Positions 10,513-19,100 of a stretch of DNA of 64,000 nucleotides are shown piece after piece. Source of the stretch: Bacteroidales bacterium (lineage in GTDB: Bacteria > Bacteroidota > Bacteroidia > Bacteroidales > CAIWKO01); assembly GCA_035389045.1 (NCBI GenBank), contig DAOORA010000012.1, positions 1 to 64,000 of the forward strand. Direction: 5' to 3'. The translations under genes were made by a program, and so were the position numbers. The first letter of the stretch is position 1, and each line of letters opens with the position of its first letter. Under the pieces are notes generated by a model. It did not search any database. It was not told the origin of the DNA and was given only the letters and a program-made list of their open reading frames with translations.

Positions 10513-12269
10513 TATTTCCTGGTGAATCTGTATCTCCTGACAATCAGCTGTATAATGCCAAAGATCAGGACAAGAAGCACAGGGCCGATGGTATTTATCA
10601 ATTGCATGGACAGTTTTATACCGGCATTATTAATTTTGTTTTTATCCAGCAGCCTCATTTTAACTTCGCGTGAACGCACTGAGATAATGCCGGAACCATC
10701 GCACATGTAATCGATACAGTTTAAAATAAAATCTTTGTTTCCGAATGTCTCGCCGGTATATTGGTCGTAACCGAGCGGATAAGGATTCCCGGTCTTTTTA
10801 TCCAGCTGGTTTTTTATTACATCCCCGTCGGAAACCACGATCATTTTGGTCTGAGGGCTTTTTTCCTTAAAATCGAAACTGCTGATATCTGACATTATTT
10901 CGGGCGGCAGCCTGTTTAAATATACCGACGAAAAACTTCCTTCCAACAAAACAGCAACGGGCAGGCCGGATCTATTAAACTGTCTTTCGTCCGGTACAGA
11001 CTGAAGCATGTCGAGGGATATCCTGACCGGTGTGTTTAGTACTCTGGAATATTTGGAACTAGAAAGCAGTATGGTTTTCTTTATGCCTTTGCCTCCGACA
11101 GTGTCCACCGTACTGGTAAATTCCATTTTTACAGCATTCAGATTACTGACTATAGGATGTTTAGCCGTAGGCATAATCACCGGAAAATAATACCAGGGCA
11201 GCAATTCAACTTTGGGCTGTCCGCCATACTGTCCGGTAACCGCCGGAATGGGCAGGGCATTCATATCGAGCAGCAAATTGGTATTGACACGGACGCCATA
11301 ATTAAAGAGCATATCGTCCAGGTTGCGGTCGATGGCGATGCCCAGGGTAGTATTCGATTTCTGCAAACTGTCCATCGTGGCAAACACGGGGTCGAGGAGC
11401 CACAACACACTGCCACCGTGCATAATGAACTGGTCGATAAAATATTTGTCTTTTTCGGCGAAAGCGCTGTCGGGCTTGGCAATGATCAGGGCAGCATATT
11501 TGTTCAGCAAGGGTTTTTCTTTAGTCCCGCGCACCATAAGACTGTTGATCTTTCCGTTAATATCCACGGTATCCACATCATAATAATCGGATAAGGCATA
11601 CATGATATCCGCCAGGCGTTCGAGGCCCAGTTCCCCGTGTCCGCGCGTAAATGCCAGGCGGGGTTTCACCTTGACCAGCAATTTGCGTATGGCGTTACTC
11701 AGGTTATATTCAAGGTTTTGTACCGAATTGTTCAGAACCTGATCGGACGGAGTGCCTAACTGGTTAGTGAATAATTGCACCGGCACTTCTTTCTGCCTGT
11801 AAGATACTATAGCTCCGGGAAAGATCCATTGCTGGGAACTTCCGTCGGCTGTCTTCATCTTGATGTTTGTGGGCTGTATGCCTTTATTTACAAGCTGTTC
11901 GTAAGTGTTCTGTATCTTTTTTTTGTCATTCCCTTCTGAAGGATTGATAAAGGTATACTGAATATTATCATTATATGCCCTGAATTCGTCAAGCATCTCC
12001 TTAGTTTCAGAACGCAGCCTTTTAAAGCCCGCAGGAAACTCACCATCCAGATAAACCTGAAAATAAACCACATCGTCAATCTGTTTCAGATATTTTTTGG
12101 TAGATTCCGATAAAGTATAGCGTTTTTCGGCGGTGAGGTCGAAACGGGTAAAAACAAAGTAGGATATTATATTAACAAAAACCAGTATCAGCAGGCTGAG
12201 AAAAAGCTGCATCAGACTGCTATTTTTTATCTTGTTTTTACGTTTTCGCTTAGCTTTTTTAGTTACCAT
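10512..12269 (-). CDS. gldG: Gliding motility-associated ABC transporter auxiliary protein GldG
   Basis: RFDLTAEKRYTLS, VYLDGEFPAGFKRL, GHGEL, DQFIMHGG, LGYDQY..FGNKDFILN; follows gldF. Confidence 0.93.
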   Translation of the reverse strand: MVTKKAKRKRKNKIKNSSLMQLFLSLLILVFVNIISYFVFTRFDLTAEKRYTLSESTKKYLKQIDDVVYFQVYLDGEFPAGFKRLRSETKEMLDEFRAYNDNIQYTFINPSEGNDKKKIQNTYEQLVNKGIQPTNIKMKTADGSSQQWIFPGAIVSYRQKEVPVQLFTNQLGTPSDQVLNNSVQNLEYNLSNAIRKLLVKVKPRLAFTRGHGELGLERLADIMYALSDYYDVDTVDINGKINSLMVRGTKEKPLLNKYAALIIAKPDSAFAEKDKYFIDQFIMHGGSVLWLLDPVFATMDSLQKSNTTLGIAIDRNLDDMLFNYGVRVNTNLLLDMNALPIPAVTGQYGGQPKVELLPWYYFPVIMPTAKHPIVSNLNAVKMEFTSTVDTVGGKGIKKTILLSSSKYSRVLNTPVRISLDMLQSVPDERQFNRSGLPVAVLLEGSFSSVYLNRLPPEIMSDISSFDFKEKSPQTKMIVVSDGDVIKNQLDKKTGNPYPLGYDQYTGETFGNKDFILNCIDYMCDGSGIISVRSREVKMRLLDKNKINNAGIKLSMQLINTIGPVLLVLIFGIIQLIVRRYRFTRK

Positions 12270-12994
12270 TTTCGTTTTTCAATAGAAATCTTCGACAACA
12301 GCATAAACAACACAATGATGCTGATGAAATAGATGATGTCACGGGTATCTACCACGCCTCTGCTCAGTGAGATATAATGTGCATTGATCCCCACCGACTT
12401 GATGAAAAGGTCTATCTTGCCAAACAGGTCGAGTGAATAGATAAAATCGAAACCTATATACAGAAACCCGCATAAAAAAACAGAGAGTACAAAGGCAAGT
12501 ACCTGCTTATCGGTGAGCGAGGAACAGAAAAGACCAATGGCGACAAATGCGGCGCCCAAAAGCAATAATCCGATGTAGGAGCCCCAGGCAGCGCCGGCAT
12601 CCATATTTCCTAAAGGATTGCCCAGCCAGTATACCGAGATAAAATAGATCAGCGTAGGAATCAGCGATAATAATACCAGAGCCAGCCCCGCAAAATATTT
12701 CGACAGAATGATCTGCATATCACTCAGAGGCTTGGTGAGCAGCAATTCAATGGTGCCGGATTTTTTTTCATCGGCAAAGGAACGCATGGTGATGGCCGGT
12801 ATCAGGAACAGAAATACAAAGGGCGCTACAACAAACAAACCGTCGATGGTGGCATAGCCAAACATCAGGATATTGAAATCATTGTTGAATACCCATAAAA
12901 AAAGGCTGTTGATCATCAAAAAAACAATAATAATGATATATCCGGTCAGTGAACTGAAAAAACTGTTTATTTCTTTGATGAAAAGCGTAAACAT
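12263..12994 (-). CDS. gldF: Gliding motility-associated ABC transporter permease GldF
   Basis: KEINSFFSSLTGY, LIPAITMRSFADEKKSGTIELLLTKP, SRGVVDTRD. Confidence 0.95.
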   Translation of the reverse strand: MFTLFIKEINSFFSSLTGYIIIIVFLMINSLFLWVFNNDFNILMFGYATIDGLFVVAPFVFLFLIPAITMRSFADEKKSGTIELLLTKPLSDMQIILSKYFAGLALVLLSLIPTLIYFISVYWLGNPLGNMDAGAAWGSYIGLLLLGAAFVAIGLFCSSLTDKQVLAFVLSVFLCGFLYIGFDFIYSLDLFGKIDLFIKSVGINAHYISLSRGVVDTRDIIYFISIIVLFMLLSKISIEKRKW

Positions 12995-13012
12995 GATTTT
13001 TTTTTAAGCCTG

Positions 13013-13020
13013 CAAAGATA
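13013..13020 (-). promoter_or_regulatory. Bacteroidota -7 promoter box for gldF operon
   Basis: Minus-strand TATCTTTG(CA) about 18 nt before the ATG. Confidence 0.65.
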
Positions 13021-13223
13021 CATTTTTTAATGATGGTTTTGCAAGTTTAATTTCTTATTGAAAAGCAGGGTAAAGCAGGCAGGTGTATGCGTTATTTTCC
13101 AATGAACCCGTTTTACAAATATTGCCTTAAAAGTAATATTGTTACAAACACATTGTAATACAGTAATTTAAATCAATATTTATAATTTTATCTCAATTTG
13201 CTTGTAAATTAAAATAAAGTCAG

Positions 13224-13231
13224 TAATTTTG
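13224..13231 (+). promoter_or_regulatory. Bacteroidota -7 promoter box for tRNA-Lys
   Basis: TAATTTTG(CA) 14 nt before the tRNA. Confidence 0.7.
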
Positions 13232-13245
13232 CACCCTCAAAAAAT

Positions 13246-13318
13246 GATTATGTAGCTCAGCAGGTAGAGCATCGCCCTTTTAAGGCGGGGGTCCTGGGTT
13301 CGAATCCCAGCATGATCA
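13246..13318 (+). tRNA. tRNA-Lys(TTT)
   Basis: Acceptor GATTATG/CATGATC, D arm GCTC/GAGC, anticodon arm TCGCC-CTTTTAA-GGCGG, T arm CTGGG-TTCGAAT-CCCAG; CCA not encoded. Confidence 0.96.
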
Positions 13319-13335
13319 CGGAAAAAAACCAAGGG

Positions 13336-13372
13336 CCGCTGTAATTCAATTAATTACAGCGGTGTTTTTTTT
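13336..13372 (+). terminator. Intrinsic terminator after tRNA-Lys
   Basis: CCGCTGTAATT-caatt-AATTACAGCGG stem followed by a T run. Confidence 0.8.
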
Positions 13373-13407
13373 GTTACACACAAAAATATTTTGATAATCC
13401 CCCCTTT

Positions 13408-14259
13408 TCAATGTTCACGAATGAGAATATAATCGAAAAAAGAGCCTACGTTAACCCACACATTCGTTGCATAATTACCCTGGGCATATACCCATATCTG
13501 AACGGCATGAGCGCCTGCAGACAGTCCGGTAAAATAGCCATTCATGGAAATAGACTGATATACACCTGAATGTGTCCACCATATCTGACCGGTTCCGACA
13601 GAAATTGTAGTAAAACTGTTAATTACTGTGGGGCCGGGTTGTCCGTCCACACGCAGTTCATAAGCCACGCAGCTGGTTCCTCCGGGAAAGGTCGCCATTA
13701 CATGGCCGTTGAAAAACATTTCGATAACGGATGAGGCACTGTTTTTTGTGAAGCTGCCAACCGTGCAAAGCTGGGTCCAGGTGCTGGACGGTAAATTTGC
13801 CAGGCCGGTTTGCGGTACATACAGTTGAGTGTACGTGGTCGGACTTTCGGTACCGGGAGGTCCTGCCGGCCCCGGGACGCCCTGCGGACCTTGCAGGCCC
13901 TGAGGCCCTTGCGGCCCTATAGCCTGAACCCAGACACTGTCGTTAAAATACCAGAAACCCACAGCCCCGCCCAACATCGAAGGATTGGCATTATATACCA
14001 GTAAGGAAGTGGCAGGATTGGGTACCGTTGTTACATCACTGACCGAAGTCAGCATTACCCTCGGTATTAAAATTCCTTTGGATGTACTGCTTACATCCAG
14101 CATGGCAGAACTGTCGGCAGCAGCTCCGGTTAAATTAACTGCTACGCCCTGCTGTGCATCAGCCGTTTTTGAATTCAACATACACAGTATGATCAGGGTA
14201 GGCATAAAAAGCCAGGATGCAGATTTCTGGAACATTCCAAATTTAATTTTCATAGACAA
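13408..14259 (-). CDS. Secreted protein with short collagen-like segment
   Basis: Signal peptide, SAMLDVSSTSKGILIPRV...LLVYN module common in Bacteroidota surface proteins, 7 GXY triplets, beta-rich C-terminal domain. Confidence 0.75.
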   Translation of the reverse strand: MSMKIKFGMFQKSASWLFMPTLIILCMLNSKTADAQQGVAVNLTGAAADSSAMLDVSSTSKGILIPRVMLTSVSDVTTVPNPATSLLVYNANPSMLGGAVGFWYFNDSVWVQAIGPQGPQGLQGPQGVPGPAGPPGTESPTTYTQLYVPQTGLANLPSSTWTQLCTVGSFTKNSASSVIEMFFNGHVMATFPGGTSCVAYELRVDGQPGPTVINSFTTISVGTGQIWWTHSGVYQSISMNGYFTGLSAGAHAVQIWVYAQGNYATNVWVNVGSFFDYILIREH

Positions 14260-14361
14260 CGGAAATTGAATATTTAGTTAATAACTATCTTATAAATAAT
14301 ACATATTTAAACACTTATATTAAAAATAAAATGTTTCTTTTCTTGAAGTTGCATGTGTAGG

Positions 14362-14369
14362 CAAATATA
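14362..14369 (-). promoter_or_regulatory. Bacteroidota -7 promoter box (collagen-like gene)
   Basis: Minus-strand TATATTTG. Confidence 0.45.
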
Positions 14370-14410
14370 ATAAAAATTGTTAAAACGGAATAAATTAGTT
14401 TTTCTTTTAG

Positions 14411-14430
14411 TAAAAATACCGGTATTTTTA
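14411..14430. promoter_or_regulatory. Perfect 20-bp palindrome in divergent promoter region (candidate operator)
   Basis: TAAAAATACCGGTATTTTTA is its own reverse complement. Confidence 0.45.
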
Positions 14431-14633
14431 TCGGCCTGAAGGAATAACCGTTATTAGTATTCCCTGATATTTGAATGGATTATCATTATTGCAAAATAAA
14501 AGAAAAACAAGAGCAGGTAAAACGAGTGCTTTGCAGTATCACAGATTTATGAATCCAAACGCAGGTTGTAATAAACTTCTGCAATCAGTGTCAATAATTA
14601 TAAAGTACTTTATTTTCAAGTGATAAAATATCG

Positions 14634-14641
14634 TACTTTTG
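14634..14641 (+). promoter_or_regulatory. Bacteroidota -7 promoter box (rhodanese gene)
   Basis: TACTTTTG 16 nt before the ATG. Confidence 0.55.
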
Positions 14642-14657
14642 AGCAAATTATAAACCT

Positions 14658-15329
14658 ATGAAGCAAATATTTACGTGGCTGTGTTGTATCACGATTATTT
14701 CGGTATTTGCGCAGACCAAACAGCTGGGTACTGACACCATCAGAATTAATGTCACTGTTGCACAAGCAAAAACGATGGTGGACACCAATGGAGTGAATCC
14801 TGATTTTGTTATTCTGGATGTACGTACACCCGCGGAATACTGTCCTTACCATATTGAGAATGCAATTAATATCAATTATTACGAAACAGATTTTCATGCC
14901 CAGATTGATGCACTTGATCATAACAAGATGTACCTTCTGCATTGTGCAGCGGGCAGCAGAAGCGGGCCTGCTTTCACCTATATGCAAAATGCACACTTCA
15001 GGGAAGTTTACCACATGTACAATGGAATAAATGAATGGATTTCAGCCCTCAATCCAACTGTTTCTTGTATTACAGCCGCGCAAAACATTAATAAAACGAA
15101 ACTGTATGAAATTTATCCGAATCCGGCCAGTGATTTTTTAAATATCAATTTTACATCAGAGACTCAGGGAAAATTATTTCTGTATGATATAAACGGGAAA
15201 GCCATCAGGGAGCAAGTTCTTGATCCCGGGTTCCGGCGCATGGATATCTCTGATATCCCGAAAGGAATGTATATCATAAAAATCCTGTCGGATAAAGATG
15301 TGTATACGGAAAAAATCACGATTCTTTAA
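14658..15329 (+). CDS. Rhodanese-like domain protein with T9SS type A CTD
   Basis: Signal peptide; ILDVRTPAEY..HIENAIN, HCAAGSRS active-site loop; IYPNPASD...YDINGK...KGMYII CTD. Confidence 0.88.
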   Translation: MKQIFTWLCCITIISVFAQTKQLGTDTIRINVTVAQAKTMVDTNGVNPDFVILDVRTPAEYCPYHIENAININYYETDFHAQIDALDHNKMYLLHCAAGSRSGPAFTYMQNAHFREVYHMYNGINEWISALNPTVSCITAAQNINKTKLYEIYPNPASDFLNINFTSETQGKLFLYDINGKAIREQVLDPGFRRMDISDIPKGMYIIKILSDKDVYTEKITIL

Positions 15330-15429
15330 TCCTATTTTCCGCTTAAAAATTCCTTGCATAGCGTCAGGAAAAGAAAGATAATCGACCGGTTACTTAAAAC
15401 CTTAAATCTGCAAGATTTAATTTGTTGAT

Positions 15430-15497
15430 AGTCACGGGGTGACTTAAAAACATTAATTATAAGAAATGACTGACAATCAATTAGTCACCCCGTGACT
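15430..15497. repeat. REPIN-like pair of inverted 15-bp palindromic units
   Basis: AGTCACGGGGTGACT (15430-15444) and its exact reverse complement AGTCACCCCGTGACT (15483-15497); each is itself a 6-bp stem with a 3-nt loop. Confidence 0.75.
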
Positions 15498-15636
15498 TGA
15501 GGATTTGATGTAAAACATAAGATCACAAAAATTGGCAAGTGAAAAGGTGGTTTTATTATCATTCAATATCTCAAGACAGGCAAAAGCCTGTTTTAATAAA
15601 ACGGCTACGGTGGAACCTGAGCCGAACCAGAGACAA

Positions 15637-16113
15637 TCATAACTTCTTCTGATAACGATAATATTGTATTGATAGTGCCAGCAATGTATAATCTTCTGCG
15701 CTGAACTTTTTTAAAGTGTAACCTAAGGCCTTTTCAAGTGCTGCAACAACAATATTTTTTGAATTATTAGATAAGCCATTGCATAGGTTGGCGAAAGTAT
15801 TTTTAATCGTGTTAAAAGCCAAGAATGGCTTGACATTAGAAATGTCGCTTTTAGTTGTTACTTGGGTGAATAAATAACCGGAATTTTTCAAAGAGAATAT
15901 GGAATGATCTCCATCGGTATAAAAAACATCAACAGTAACAATATTCCCACTTAGAGCACATTTACCTTTCAGGAACTTATTGGATGGATGTGCACATTTT
16001 GCCAGTGTTTTATATCCACTTTTATTAAAGAAATCACACACTTGAGCATTACCTATTAAATACACAAAACAAAATAAAACGAACAGAAAGAATTTTACTA
16101 TGGTTTTTTTTAT
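15637..16113 (-). CDS. Hypothetical secreted protein; natural start position reads ATA (16113), ORF track uses GTG 16065
   Basis: The frame is open upstream of 16065 and reads (I)KKTIVKFFLFVLFCFVYLIGNAQ, a complete signal peptide. Confidence 0.55.
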   Translation of the reverse strand: MKKTIVKFFLFVLFCFVYLIGNAQVCDFFNKSGYKTLAKCAHPSNKFLKGKCALSGNIVTVDVFYTDGDHSIFSLKNSGYLFTQVTTKSDISNVKPFLAFNTIKNTFANLCNGLSNNSKNIVVAALEKALGYTLKKFSAEDYTLLALSIQYYRYQKKL

Positions 16114-16115
16114 AA

Positions 16116-19100
16116 TTATTTACCCTCCACAATCCTGATCTCATCCTCCGTCAACCCATAAAGTTCATACACCATACGGTCAATCTCTTTATCGGTTTTT
16201 TCGATTTCGGATTTCAGGGTCTGGGCTTTTTGCTTTTCAAGTTCAAAATAACTAATCCATTCTGCTTGTTCATAAAGGGGGAGCTTAATCTTTTGCTTAT
16301 CAAGTTCTTTTATGAAGGCTTTGAAATCGAGGGATGGCCAGTCCTGTAATTTGTTTGTGATTTTTAGGGTGGCGAATTTTGAAGACAGGAGTTTTATGAA
16401 TTTTAATAAATGAGCATGCAACTCTTTTGTTTTTAATAGCATTATATCAACCTTGTCAACAAATAGTTTTTGGTCTTTTAAATCAATTGGTTTTATTGGA
16501 ATTCCTCTAACATCTGATAAAGATAATTGTGCAAAATCATCCTTAGTCGCAGTTGTCGAACCCCTAGTTTTTAAAAATGATACTAACTGAGAACACACGA
16601 TTGCCAAGACATATCGTATATCATAACCTGCATCCGTAAGTTTTAAGTTGTAGTAATCCTTTTTATTTACAAATTCTTCATTTACCAGATCAGCCATTAT
16701 CCTGAACTGACGACTGATGATTCTTCTAATTAATAAGCGATCTCCCTGAAAGTATCCAAAATCTTTTGGTTTTTCTTTAAGGTGTTCTCCATAATTAACC
16801 CAAATAAAATCATCTGTATGAATATATCTGTTAAGACTTCCAACGAAATACTTCTTATAGGTTGGAATGTATTCATTTGATACATCATTTTCGTTTGGTA
16901 GTATTCCACGAATAGACGATGAAACAGAACTCAGTGGAACTATATCCTTATTTACTTTGGATAGTAATTCATAAAACACGGGGGAAAGGACTATCCGCAG
17001 GGAAGACAGATTTTGCCAATAAGTACTCGGAAGTTCTTTAAAAGTGATGTCAGTAGTCAGGTCTCCATTGTACTTAGCACGTGTTGGAAAATCATAAACA
17101 AGTGTTGAATAAAACGGCTGAGTTCTTTTTCTTAGAACATAAACACCAGTATCGACATATGCATCTTCAAAAACATCATAAGGGAGCTTAATTGCAATTT
17201 CAAGAGTGCTGTTATTAGAAATGTAATCTCTAAGAAAAAAGTAATTCTCTCCACTCTGCCAGGACACTGGATTAATATAGGAGCAATACCCATTTTTCTT
17301 AATTAACTTAAATGCATGTTGAATAAAAGCACTATAAATATCAAAATTACCTTTATAGCATGTGTAATTAGCAAGTACAAATCTCTTTTCTTTTTCATTC
17401 AAAACAGCACCATACGGCGGATTCCCAATCACCACATCAAAACCACCTTTATATTCGGTGCGGAAGGCGTGTTCGATCGTACAGGTCATTTTATCTATGA
17501 AATGCTGCAAGCCCTTATTCTCATCCAGTATCACAAGGGGCTGCAGCCCCTTGTAGGATTCTACAGTGTCATTGGGCTCGGTGTTGGCTGCCCGGATATC
17601 AGCAAGGGGCTGCAGCCCCTTGCTGATATCCGGCAGATGATGCTTTTCCCGGTTGGTCCGAATGTATTTTATTGTGTTGTACAGTTGTTGTTGATCAGTA
17701 ATCTCAGTTTTGTGAAATTTCTGTTGCCACAAATGAAAGGTCTCGTCTTTGGCAATGGACTTGTATTCCTTGAACTTCTGCGCGGATTTTCCTTTCAGCT
17801 TTCGGACAATATTCGTCAACTCCTCTTCTTCGCATACCAATACGATATGAACATGGTCGTAACAAACATTAAATGCAAGGCAATTCAACAGATCCTCAGT
17901 TATTATATCACAAAAAATTTCGGCAATCTTTATCGAGTCTTCATCGTCAAAACATATGGAACGGTCAATATGCATCTCACCGTTTGCCCTGCGCTGCCGC
18001 ACCTTATAATCGATCATCCGCTGCGAGGTTCGTGTATCGTGGGTAGCAGTGGTAATGTGCCAGGCCTTCTTTTTCTTTTCCTTAAAAATATCCGGAAATT
18101 CTTTCTGCCAGTTAAACGCTTTAGCACCGGCAACAGAAGGATCATCAATGAGGGAGTTACCGCATTTGATATTGTTATTCAATGAAGTGAGTTTACGGCC
18201 ACGTTGTGCAGTACGCAGCCACAAGGATAAACGGGCGATTTCGACACTCTCTTCGTTGATGTCCACACCGAAAATATTCCTTTCGAGGATATGATTTTCA
18301 ACATCAGGGAAAACGAACGAACTTCCAAGCAACTGTGCCTGCAGTTCGTCAATGTATTGATGCTCTTCAATTAAAAACTCCAATGCCTGGTTCAGAAAAG
18401 CGCCGCTGCCACATGCAGGGTCACATATTGTAATGTTTAACAGCCATTCGCGGTATGCTTTTAATCGGTCGTCAAGTTCATGGAGTGTTGCTTTTTTGCG
18501 TTTACGGCGGTCTTTGGCATATTCTTCATCAATAATGCCGAGTTCTGCCTTTTTTTCTTTGCACAATTTGCCGAGGGTGTTTTCGACAATGTATTTGGTT
18601 ATATACCGGGGAGTATAGAAAATACCGTCTTTCTTGCGTTTGCTTTTACTTCTATCCGCTTCATGCCCTTCAATCTGTGCTTTTACATTTTCAACTTCGT
18701 TCAAACTATTTTCAAAAATATGCCCCAAAATATTGACATCAACCTCACTCTGGAAGTCGTATGTTGAAAGTTTCTTGGTGTGCTTTTGCAATACTTCATC
18801 ATCAATGCTGATGGTATCGAGAATTTCATCGGGTAAAAACAAACCCCCGTTGAAAGCAAAAATATCATCATTGTCGGTTTTCCCCTTCCTGCCAGTATTG
18901 ATATAACCAAAAAACTGCCTGAAAATGTCATAAAGCGGTTTGTAAGCATCTTCTTCTTTGAGCACCTGCCAGCGTTCGACCATACGGATAATAGAATTAG
19001 GGGGCAGCAAACCGCTGTCTTCGGCAAAGTATATGAACAGAAAGCGATCGAGGAGTTTCTGAGTTTTCTTAAATAAAGTCAATTGATCTGCATGAGGATT

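Larger units (their letters stand above)
17451..18077 (-). mobile_element. In-frame IS200/RAYT-like HUH-Y1 transposase (TnpA) domain plus REP-like palindromes
   Basis: Between FPDIFKE and KGGFDVVIGNPPY: WHITTAT, DHVHIV (HUH, 17847-17855), KLKGKSA, LWQQKF, KYIRTN (Tyr 17664-17666), then three KGLQ(P/H) units. Boundaries approximate to a few codons. Confidence 0.82.

Noticed and set aside
17451..18077. Intein or self-splicing intron in the R-M gene
   Set aside because: No Cys/Ser start, no terminal His-Asn followed by Cys/Ser/Thr, no recognisable Hint blocks or intron ends; the motifs are HUH-Y1.
17316..18185. 289-aa antisense ORF spanning the insert
   Set aside because: Codon-aligned shadow of the R-M gene; the shared DISKGLQPLADIR comes from the palindrome, and similarly long shadows occur elsewhere (45927-46790).
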